64,000 bases of DNA from Acidobacteriota bacterium (lineage in GTDB: Bacteria > Acidobacteriota > Terriglobia > Acidiferrales > UBA7541): contig JAJPIE010000029.1 in assembly GCA_021324935.1 (NCBI GenBank), forward strand, positions 18,697-82,696, given 5' to 3'. The notes below the pieces were generated by a model. The model worked only from the letters and a program-made list of their open reading frames with translations. It was not told the DNA's origin and did not search any database. This document shows, in pieces, positions 56,668 through 64,000 of the stretch. The first letter of the stretch is position 1, and each line of letters starts with the position of its first letter. Made by a program: the position numbers and the translations under genes.

Positions 56668-57543
56668 TTATTCCACCCAGGTTTGCTGGCCGAACGCGAT
56701 CTGCCAGTGCCCTTCGTGTTTTTCAAACAAGCGCGTGACGTGCAGGATTTTCCCGTGCCGCGGCTTGTGCTCGGAGCGCATCACCGCCGCGTCTCCAAAC
56801 ACCCAGATCTTCATGGACAATACTTCCGCAGGGATCAGTGTCGTGTTGGTCCGGCGAAGTTCCTTGATCATGGCCACGCGGTCGGCTTTGTTGAGAGGAG
56901 TGCCACCGTCGGGCGTTACGAAAAGAAAATCGTCGGTAAAATTCGGAATCCACGCTTCGACGTCGTTCGTTAAAACTGTCCGCTCCACCGCCTGCCACAT
57001 CGTTGCCACTTCCTGTTCATCGGGCGTATCTGCCTTGAACGGCATCGTCTTGCAGGGATTTTCGCAATGCACCGGCTCGCCGTTGCTGGGAGCGCCAAAA
57101 CCCGCGCGCTTTTCCGGATTCTTTTCCGCCTTGTTTGTCTCCTGATAAATGAGCAGTTGCCAGGCTGCGGGACGCTTGACCCATACCCGGACGAAGCGCA
57201 CGTTCACATCCTGCGAAGGAAGAAAATGGGAACCGCGCACCAACACCACCGTGCCGGCATCCATCAATTGCACATCCGAGTCGTGCCCCGTTGAGAGAGA
57301 AGAGAGCTCGGAGAGATATTCCACCTTGGTCATCGTCATGCCCTTGCGGTCCGTGCCAGCGAAATCGGGATCCAGGAGTTTTGCGAGCGCCGCGCGATCC
57401 GCATCGTGGAACGCGGCAGTGAAGGCGCGATCAATCTTCATGACTTCGTCCCGGGAACTTGCAGCGAGTACGGGGAGCGAGAGGGCGCACAGCGTGAAAA
57501 GCAGGCACACCAGAGTTAGGAGAGATCGAACAGGATAGCGCAT
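56668..57543 (-). CDS. Secreted tandem DUF4440 protein, paralog 3
   Basis: Signal peptide MRYPVRSLLTLVCLLFTLCALSLPVLA, LDPDFAGTD, linker CENPCK, FTDDFLFV, HVTRLFEKHEGHWQ. Confidence 0.82.
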   Translation of the reverse strand: MRYPVRSLLTLVCLLFTLCALSLPVLAASSRDEVMKIDRAFTAAFHDADRAALAKLLDPDFAGTDRKGMTMTKVEYLSELSSLSTGHDSDVQLMDAGTVVLVRGSHFLPSQDVNVRFVRVWVKRPAAWQLLIYQETNKAEKNPEKRAGFGAPSNGEPVHCENPCKTMPFKADTPDEQEVATMWQAVERTVLTNDVEAWIPNFTDDFLFVTPDGGTPLNKADRVAMIKELRRTNTTLIPAEVLSMKIWVFGDAAVMRSEHKPRHGKILHVTRLFEKHEGHWQIAFGQQTWVE

Positions 57544-57568
57544 GAGGGCCTCCCGGAGGCTGCTGGCA

Positions 57569-57583
57569 ATTGGTCGGACCAAT
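57569..57583. promoter_or_regulatory. FadR/PdhR-type operator (perfect palindrome)
   Basis: ATTGGTC-G-GACCAAT in the divergent intergenic region 57544-57796. Confidence 0.8.
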
Positions 57584-57796
57584 ACACCTTTGGCGTGTTA
57601 CACGCACCAGTATCATATTTTTGAATGGGTTACAACAAGGAAACGCTTGACGCGCCCTATTATATGGTGGCACAGTAACCAGACCGATTCGAATCTCTAT
57701 CGGCCTTGGCACTCCGCCCAGCGGGCTTGTTTCAGCTCTACGTTCCTGGCCCGACGCCTGAAGCAGGCCCGGCCAAGGAGAGGACTTTCCAGGCCA

Positions 57797-59380
57797 ATGC
57801 CTGACCTTTTCGACATCGTGGTTGCAGGAGCAGGACACAACAGCTTGATCGCGGCTGCCTATCTGTCAAAGGCTGGCTACCGCTGCCTAATCCTGGAAGG
57901 CCGGCCCCTGGTCGGCGGCGGAGTAAAGACTGCGCAGCTCACCCTGCGCGGCTTTCATCACGATACCTGCTCTTCGGCCCATGTCTTGATCCAGGACAGC
58001 CCGCTGATGCGCAACAACGAGTTGCATCTGGATCAGTACGGGCTCGAGTATCTCTTTCCAGACCCCGTTGTTCACCTTCCTTTTTCCGATGGCAGCTACA
58101 TCACCCAGTGGCGCGATATCGATCGCACCTGTCAGGAATTTGCCAAGTTTTCGAAAAAAGACGCTGAGGCTTATCGCCGCATGATGACGGAATACGAAGA
58201 GATGCAGCCGATCTTCGCCGCGGCGGCGTATACGCCCATTGGTTTCGGCAAACCACTGAACGAGCGTCTGGCGGAACATCCCAAAGGCAAAATCTGGCAG
58301 CGACGGATGGCAATGTCCGCTTGGGAAATTATTCGCGATACTTTTGAGGATGAGCATTGCCGCGCATTTATGGTGTGGATGGCATACCAGACGGTTGAGC
58401 CGCCTGAAGCAGCGTCCACGGGGCGACTCGCGTATGCGATTTGCGCCGGCCGGCAGCGCTGGAGTTGGACTACCCCGAGGGGCGGCTCGGGCAGCTTGAC
58501 GCAGGCGCTGGTCCGCTTGATTGAGGCGCACGGCGGCGTGGTACTTACCAATAAAAACGTGACTCGCCTGATTCTTGACGATGGCAAATGCACCGGAGTG
58601 GAGTGCAGTGACGGGACTTCCTACAAAGCGCAAAAAGCCGTGCTCTCGACCATTCACATCAAGCATCTGGTCGACATGGCGCCCAAGGAAGCATTCGGCG
58701 AAGACTTTCGGGCGGGAGTGGATTCCTGGCAGGCGGGAATTACGCTCTTCGCCAGCCACTATGCGACCACCGAGCCTCCGAAATTCCCTGTCGCCGGCGG
58801 CACGCTTTCTCCTGTGGCCGCGGGAACCATGGCGAATGCCGAGCGCGGATTGCGGGTTTCTTACGACTTTGCGATGCGCAACGTGAACGTGGAGGAACCG
58901 CCGTTACTCGTGGTTTGCAGCACGGTGGCCGATCCTTCCCGTGCGCCCCAAGGAATGCACACGATCAAAGTGATTGGCAACCAGCCTTACGAATTGAAAG
59001 AAGGTCCCGAGCACTGGGACGAGATCAAGGACAGAGTTTCCGAAGCCAACCTGAACTACCTGCGGAAGTTCGCGCCGAATCTGACCGAGGACAAAATACT
59101 GGCGCGGCTGGTGGAAAGCCCTCTCGACCTGGAACGCATGAACGCGCACAATTGGCATGGCACTTGCCACGGCGGCGCGCAAAACGCCGCGCAATCCGGC
59201 GCGTTGCGCCCTGTGCCGGGCTGGGCCCAGCACCGCATGCCGATTCCCGGGCTCTACCAGACAGGCGCAACCACGTACCCGGGCGCATCCGTTTCCGGCG
59301 GGCCGGGAAGAAACGCTGCCACGGTAATGCTGAAGGATTTTGGCTCGAGCATCGAGCAGGCAATTGAAGGCAAGGCCTAG
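57797..59380 (+). CDS. FAD-dependent oxidoreductase COG1233, paralog 2
   Basis: MPDLFDIVVAGAGHNSL; same family motifs as paralog 1. The ORF-track extension to 57542 runs through the regulatory region and is unlikely. Confidence 0.88.
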   Translation: MPDLFDIVVAGAGHNSLIAAAYLSKAGYRCLILEGRPLVGGGVKTAQLTLRGFHHDTCSSAHVLIQDSPLMRNNELHLDQYGLEYLFPDPVVHLPFSDGSYITQWRDIDRTCQEFAKFSKKDAEAYRRMMTEYEEMQPIFAAAAYTPIGFGKPLNERLAEHPKGKIWQRRMAMSAWEIIRDTFEDEHCRAFMVWMAYQTVEPPEAASTGRLAYAICAGRQRWSWTTPRGGSGSLTQALVRLIEAHGGVVLTNKNVTRLILDDGKCTGVECSDGTSYKAQKAVLSTIHIKHLVDMAPKEAFGEDFRAGVDSWQAGITLFASHYATTEPPKFPVAGGTLSPVAAGTMANAERGLRVSYDFAMRNVNVEEPPLLVVCSTVADPSRAPQGMHTIKVIGNQPYELKEGPEHWDEIKDRVSEANLNYLRKFAPNLTEDKILARLVESPLDLERMNAHNWHGTCHGGAQNAAQSGALRPVPGWAQHRMPIPGLYQTGATTYPGASVSGGPGRNAATVMLKDFGSSIEQAIEGKA

Positions 59381-59404
59381 GGCGTTGAACCAACGGGGGA
59401 CGGG

Positions 59405-61075
59405 ATGAAGAAAATCACGCGACGAGGATTCGTGAAGAGCGCGGCCATTGCGCCGCTGGCCGTGAAGCAGATGGCGCTGCAGCAAGTGGCGGGAGTTTCG
59501 GACAAGTACGACTTCGTCGTTGCAGGGGCGGGGCACAACAGCCTGATTACAGCGGCTTATCTGTGCAAAGCGGGTTTCCGCTGCCTGGTTCTGGAGGGCC
59601 GGCCGAAGATTGGCGGCGGCGTGAAGACTGCGGAACTCACCTTGAAAGGTTTTAACGACGATTGCTGCTCCACAGCTCACGTTTTCATCCAGGAAAATCC
59701 GATGATGAAAAACAATGAGCTGAACCTCGGCGAATACGGGCTGGAATACATCGATCCCGACCCGATGTTCCACGTTCCTTTTCCCGACGGCACGTACATC
59801 ACCCAGTGGCGCGATGTGGACCGCACTTGCGCGGAATTCGCCAAATTCTCCAAAAAAGATGCGGCTGCCTACCGCAAAATGCTGGCGGACCTGGATGCCA
59901 TCCGCCCGATCATCGCGGCGGGATCGTTTACGCCAATCGGATTTGGGAAACCGCTGAACGATCAACTCGCGCAAATCCCGCATGGAAAAATGTGGCAGCG
60001 CCGGCTGGCTATGTCGGCGTGGGACATCATCCACGACAATTTTGAAGACGATCATTGCCGGACGTTCATGCTGTACATGTCGCACCTGGCCGCCGAACCG
60101 CCGGATGCGCCGGTGACGGGACGTCTCGCCTACGGCGCGCCCCGCCAACAGCATAGCGGCCGCCCGCTTCCAAAGGGCGGCTCCGGAATGCTGACGGTAG
60201 CGCTCGGCCGCTTCATCGAAGCGCATGGCGGCACGATTCTGGTGAACAAATGGGTGAAGAGCCTGATCGTGGAAAATGGAAAGTGCGCTGGAGTGGAGTG
60301 CAGCGACGGCAGCGCGTACCGCGCTTCTAAGGCGGTGGTCTCCACCATCCATATCAAGCACCTGGTGGACATGGCACCGAAAGAACTTTGGGGCGAGGAT
60401 TTTCTCTACGGCGTGCAAACGTGGCAAGCGGAAAACGCCATGTTCGTTACGCATTACGCCACCAGCGAGCCGCCGATTTACAAAGTCGATGGCGGCACGC
60501 TGTCGCCCGTGGAATCGGGGGTTCTGGCTTCACCTTACCGGGCGCTGCGGTTCGCCTTTGACGATACCCGGGGTTCGATCAACCTCGACGAGCCGCCCCT
60601 GCAGGTGATTTGTTGCAGCATTGCCGATCCTTCACGCGCCCCGAAGGGCATGCACACACTTAAGGTGCTGGGCTGGCAGCCGTATCAATTGAAGGAAGGC
60701 CCGGAGCACTGGGACAGCATCAAGAACGACGTTTCCGACGCCAACTTGAAATATCTGCGCCGCTTCGCGCCGAACCTGACCGACGACAAAATCCTGGCTC
60801 GCTTTGTGGAAAGTCCGCTTGACCTGGAGCGCATGAATCCGCATTTCTGGCACGGCAGCGCGCACGCGGGAGCGCAAAACGCGGCGCAAAGTGGCGCGCT
60901 GCGTCCGATGGCCGGCTGGGCGCAGCACCGGATGCCGATTCAGGGCCTCTATCAGACAGGTGCCACAACGCATCCGGGCGGCTCGGTTACCGGCGGCCCG
61001 GGGCGCAATGCAGCGACTGTCATTCTAAAAGATTTCGGCATGTCGATCGAAGAAGTGGCGGCAAAGAAAGCCTGA
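59405..61075 (+). CDS. FAD-dependent oxidoreductase COG1233, paralog 3, with twin-arginine leader
   Basis: MKKITRRGFVKSAAIAPLAV precedes DKYDFVVAGAGHNSL. Confidence 0.88.
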   Translation: MKKITRRGFVKSAAIAPLAVKQMALQQVAGVSDKYDFVVAGAGHNSLITAAYLCKAGFRCLVLEGRPKIGGGVKTAELTLKGFNDDCCSTAHVFIQENPMMKNNELNLGEYGLEYIDPDPMFHVPFPDGTYITQWRDVDRTCAEFAKFSKKDAAAYRKMLADLDAIRPIIAAGSFTPIGFGKPLNDQLAQIPHGKMWQRRLAMSAWDIIHDNFEDDHCRTFMLYMSHLAAEPPDAPVTGRLAYGAPRQQHSGRPLPKGGSGMLTVALGRFIEAHGGTILVNKWVKSLIVENGKCAGVECSDGSAYRASKAVVSTIHIKHLVDMAPKELWGEDFLYGVQTWQAENAMFVTHYATSEPPIYKVDGGTLSPVESGVLASPYRALRFAFDDTRGSINLDEPPLQVICCSIADPSRAPKGMHTLKVLGWQPYQLKEGPEHWDSIKNDVSDANLKYLRRFAPNLTDDKILARFVESPLDLERMNPHFWHGSAHAGAQNAAQSGALRPMAGWAQHRMPIQGLYQTGATTHPGGSVTGGPGRNAATVILKDFGMSIEEVAAKKA

Positions 61076-61118
61076 GCAGAAAAACGATCGGGATCCAATT
61101 TCGATTTAAGGAGATGGG

Positions 61119-61667
61119 ATGATGGGGAGCGCGACGAGTAGTCGATTTGGAATCACGGTTTCATTGGCAGCAGCCCTTCTTTTTTTGTGTCCAGCCACGC
61201 GGGCGCAGCAGTCCGTGAAAATGGTGCCCGACAATCCCAGCCCGCATCCCGCTCCCGAGCAGCCAATTCCTTACAGCCACAAACAGCATCTGGCTTTCAG
61301 CCTGCCGTGCAAACGCTGTCACACAAATCCAGAACCCGGCAACTTAATGACGTTCCCTGCGACCTCGGTTTGCATGCAATGCCATGCGTCGATCGCGAAA
61401 GACAAAACGTCTATTCAAAAGCTGGCGTCTTACGCCGCTTCAAACCAACCCATTCCGTGGGTACGCGTCTATAAAGTCCTGCCCGGCGTCGCTTGGAGCC
61501 ATCGCCCGCACCTCGATGCAGGAGTAAAATGTGAGACGTGCCACGGCGAGGTCGCCGAGATGGCCACCATGTCGGAAGTCACCAGTGTCACCACGATGTA
61601 CAGTTGCCTGCACTGCCACGAAATGAATCACGCGAAATCTTCCTGCGACACTTGCCACAAACGCTGA
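61119..61667 (+). CDS. Periplasmic pentaheme c-type cytochrome (class III / ActA-like)
   Basis: Signal peptide, five CxxCH motifs (CKRCH, CMQCH, CETCH, CLHCH, CDTCH), plus PIPYSHKQH, IPWVRVY and WSHRPH. Confidence 0.9.
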   Translation: MMGSATSSRFGITVSLAAALLFLCPATRAQQSVKMVPDNPSPHPAPEQPIPYSHKQHLAFSLPCKRCHTNPEPGNLMTFPATSVCMQCHASIAKDKTSIQKLASYAASNQPIPWVRVYKVLPGVAWSHRPHLDAGVKCETCHGEVAEMATMSEVTSVTTMYSCLHCHEMNHAKSSCDTCHKR

Positions 61668-61700
61668 TCTGTTCAACGGACTCGCGGAAAGGGATGCAGA

Positions 61701-62180
61701 ATGGCCGGAAGTCTTCAGTTGGAAATCAATGGGAGGCGTGTTTCGGTCAGCTATCCTCCCGAGACGCCTCTCCTCTATGTGTTGCGGGACGAATTAGGCC
61801 TGACTGGCACGAAGTATGGCTGCGGTGAGGGCATGTGTGGCGCTTGCACCGTGCTGATCGGAGGAACGGCGCGAAGGTCGTGCCAGATTCCCGTAAGCGC
61901 GGCAGCATCGCGGCCCGTCACAACCATTGAGGGCCTGGAAAAAGACGGCGCGCTACATCCCGTACAACAGGCATTTCTCGATGCCGGCGCATTTCAATGC
62001 GCTTACTGCACCTCCGGCATGATCATGAGCAGCGTGTCCTTGCTGAATGCAAATCCGCATCCCACCCGTGAGCAGATCGTGCAGGCGATGCAGGGGAATG
62101 TCTGCCGCTGCGGAACACATCCGCGCATTATCGAGGCCATCGAGAAAGCAGCCGGCCAGATGCAGGGGCGTGCCAAGTGA
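61701..62180 (+). CDS. (2Fe-2S)-binding small subunit of a molybdenum hydroxylase (CoxS/IorA-like)
   Basis: GTKYGCGEGMCGACTV, QCAYCTSG, VCRCGT. Confidence 0.93.
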   Translation: MAGSLQLEINGRRVSVSYPPETPLLYVLRDELGLTGTKYGCGEGMCGACTVLIGGTARRSCQIPVSAAASRPVTTIEGLEKDGALHPVQQAFLDAGAFQCAYCTSGMIMSSVSLLNANPHPTREQIVQAMQGNVCRCGTHPRIIEAIEKAAGQMQGRAK

Positions 62181-64000
62181 AGCCCGCGCTGGATTGGATG
62201 GATCTCGAACCGGAGCGCTACGAATTCCGCGCTCTGCCTATGCACCAATTCGCGCTCGGCCGCCGCGACTTCGTCAAGATCTTCGGCGCCGGGCTCGCGG
62301 TCTTTGCCGTGGTGAAAAAAACCGCGGCGATGCAGGAAACCGCGCCTGGCCCGCACGGATTCCACACCGAAGAACTTCCGAAAGACATTGGCGCCTGGCT
62401 GCACATTGGCGAAGATGGCAAGGTCACCGGCTTTGTCGGCAAGGCGGAAATCGGACAGAATGTGCGCACTTCGCTCTCGCAAACGCTGGCCGATGAATTG
62501 GGCGTGCCTTTCGAGAGTGTGCATCTCGTCCTCGCCGATACGGCGCTTACCCCGTTCGATGCCGGCACATTTGGGAGCCGCAGCACGCCGACGATGACCC
62601 CGCAACTCCGGAAGATGGCGGCGGCAGCGCGCAGCATTCTGATCGAGCGCGCCGCGAAACAATGGAGCGTGAGCCCGGACAAACTCGCTGCTGCGGACGC
62701 GAAGGTCTCTGATCCAACCTCGGGAAAATCCCTGAGCTATGCGGAACTTGTGCGCGAGGACATTGGCAAGGAGACGCCACCGCCAGACGAGCACACGAAG
62801 CCTGCCGCACTATGGACCATTGCGGGAAAGCCCATCCCCAAAGTGGACGCTCGCGCGTTTGTCACCGGCAGCCACCGCTACAGCACGGACCTGCGCCCGG
62901 AAGGCATGCTTTATGGCAAGGTGCTGCGGCCCCCTTCGTTCGGAGCGACGATTGCCAGTTACGACGACGCTGCAGCCAAAGCGATGGCGGACGTCGTCAT
63001 CGTGCGCGACGCCGATTTCGTTGGTGCCGCCGCTCCCACCGCAGCGGCCGCGGAAGCGGCGCTGGCCAAGATTCAAGTGCAATGGAAAGAGGTGCCGCAG
63101 ATTTCCGGCAAGGACATCTTCGCTTATCTGAAAAAGAACGCCGAACCTTCGAAAGACGAGCGATTCCGCAAAGCAAAGGGTACAGTTTCCGATGGATTGG
63201 AAAAAGCTGCCCACAAACTGGAATCGTCCTACACGGTGGCCTACATCGCGCACGCGCCGCTGGAGCCTCGCGCCGCTCTGGCTCAGTGGAACGGCGGCAA
63301 GTTAACCGTCTGGATGGGAACGCAAAGGCCGTTTGCAGTACGCGATGACCTGGCGGACCTGTTCCATATCGCGGAGAAGGACGTCCGGGTGATTGTGCCG
63401 GATACCGGCTCCGCGTACGGCGGCAAGCACACCAGTGATGCGGGGCTGGAGGCCGCGCGAATTGCCCGAGCGACCTCAGGCCGCCCCGTAAAGCTGATCT
63501 GGACGCGCCAGGAAGAGTTCACCTGGGCCTATTTCCGCCCTGCCGGCGTAATCGAAGTGAAGAGCGGCGTCGCTGCCGATGGCAAATTGACTGCGTGGGA
63601 ATTTCACAACTACCACTCGGGCATGTCAGCGATTGAGACGCCGTATGACGTGGCAAATCAGCTCACGCAATATCACCAAGTGCCGCTGGTGCTGCGCTCA
63701 GGTTCCTATCGGGGGCTTGCGGCGACCGCGAATCATTTCGCCCGCGAAACCCAGATGGATGCGCTGGCTCGAGCCGTGTCGATGGATCCGGTGCAGTTCC
63801 GCCTGACGAATCTTTCCGACGCGCGCATGAAGGCGGTGATCGAAGCCGCCGCGAAGGCGTTCGGCTGGCCGAAATCAAAAAGCGAGGCGGGCCAAGGGTT
63901 CGGCATGGCCGCAGGTTACGAAAAAGGCAGTTACGTGGCAACTTTCGCCGAAGTATTCGTGGATCCAAAAACGAAGAAGGTCCGCGTGACGAAATTGGTG
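62177..64000 (+). CDS. Molybdopterin-binding large subunit (IorB / aldehyde oxidoreductase-like), Tat-exported, truncated by window end
   Basis: Absent from the ORF track because it is open-ended. GTG 62177 overlaps the upstream TGA and reads MKPALDW...GRRDFVKIFGAGL...GKAEIGQ...DAGTFGSRS...AHAPLEP...GSAYGGK...SYRGLA and is still open at 64000. Confidence 0.9.
   Translation, partial: MKPALDWMDLEPERYEFRALPMHQFALGRRDFVKIFGAGLAVFAVVKKTAAMQETAPGPHGFHTEELPKDIGAWLHIGEDGKVTGFVGKAEIGQNVRTSLSQTLADELGVPFESVHLVLADTALTPFDAGTFGSRSTPTMTPQLRKMAAAARSILIERAAKQWSVSPDKLAAADAKVSDPTSGKSLSYAELVREDIGKETPPPDEHTKPAALWTIAGKPIPKVDARAFVTGSHRYSTDLRPEGMLYGKVLRPPSFGATIASYDDAAAKAMADVVIVRDADFVGAAAPTAAAAEAALAKIQVQWKEVPQISGKDIFAYLKKNAEPSKDERFRKAKGTVSDGLEKAAHKLESSYTVAYIAHAPLEPRAALAQWNGGKLTVWMGTQRPFAVRDDLADLFHIAEKDVRVIVPDTGSAYGGKHTSDAGLEAARIARATSGRPVKLIWTRQEEFTWAYFRPAGVIEVKSGVAADGKLTAWEFHNYHSGMSAIETPYDVANQLTQYHQVPLVLRSGSYRGLAATANHFARETQMDALARAVSMDPVQFRLTNLSDARMKAVIEAAAKAFGWPKSKSEAGQGFGMAAGYEKGSYVATFAEVFVDPKTKKVRVTKLV

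Noticed and set aside
55871-57145. 424-aa plus-strand ORF bridging COG1233 paralog 1 and the DUF4440 gene
   Set aside because: Alternative frame overlapping two supported genes, with low-complexity R/G/P composition.
54981-61075. Calling the flavoproteins crtI (carotenoid synthesis)
   Set aside because: No crtB/crtE/hpn genes nearby. The context is catabolic, so only the family name is supported.
1-64000. CRISPR arrays, rRNA/tRNA genes, IS elements, integrases or phage genes
   Set aside because: No regularly spaced direct repeats, recognisable stable-RNA sequence or transposase/integrase motifs were seen by eye. tRNAscan-SE, Infernal and ISEScan would be needed to exclude them formally.

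Overview
GC-rich bacterial DNA. The gene families (TonB-dependent receptors with carboxypeptidase-like N-termini, YVTN/YncE propellers, small Cys-containing secreted proteins) suggest Acidobacteriota, which is an inference. I saw no rRNA, tRNA, CRISPR array or transposase. Layout: (1) 1-6555: clpB 3' end, htpX, an orphan zf-HC2 protein, two secreted or membrane hypotheticals and a large clan GH-A-like hydrolase. (2) 6761-22006, all minus strand: an envelope module with a YncE propeller, a TonB receptor, two OmpR-type two-component systems, a tripartite RND pump and a PepSY protein. (3) 22068-23387: a hidden exported selenoprotein that the ORF track splits in two. An in-frame UGA in W-U-P-F-C is followed by a SECIS-like hairpin, and the product fuses a small Cys domain, an AhpC/TSA (thioredoxin-fold) domain and a DsbD-alpha-like domain. 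(4) 23472-64000: a catabolic island of about 40 kb with unknown substrate, tied together by PdhR/FadR-type ATTGGTC-N-GACCAAT operators. It holds suyAB-like lyase subunits, a PSE exporter, creatininase- and M24-type amidohydrolases, a 2-oxoacid dehydrogenase E1a/E1b/E2 set with the M24 gene inside it, two dctA, three tandem-DUF4440 proteins, three COG1233 flavoproteins (one with a twin-arginine leader), and a pentaheme cytochrome plus 2Fe-2S plus Tat molybdoenzyme module that runs off the window. All product calls come from motif recognition by eye; no database search was run.
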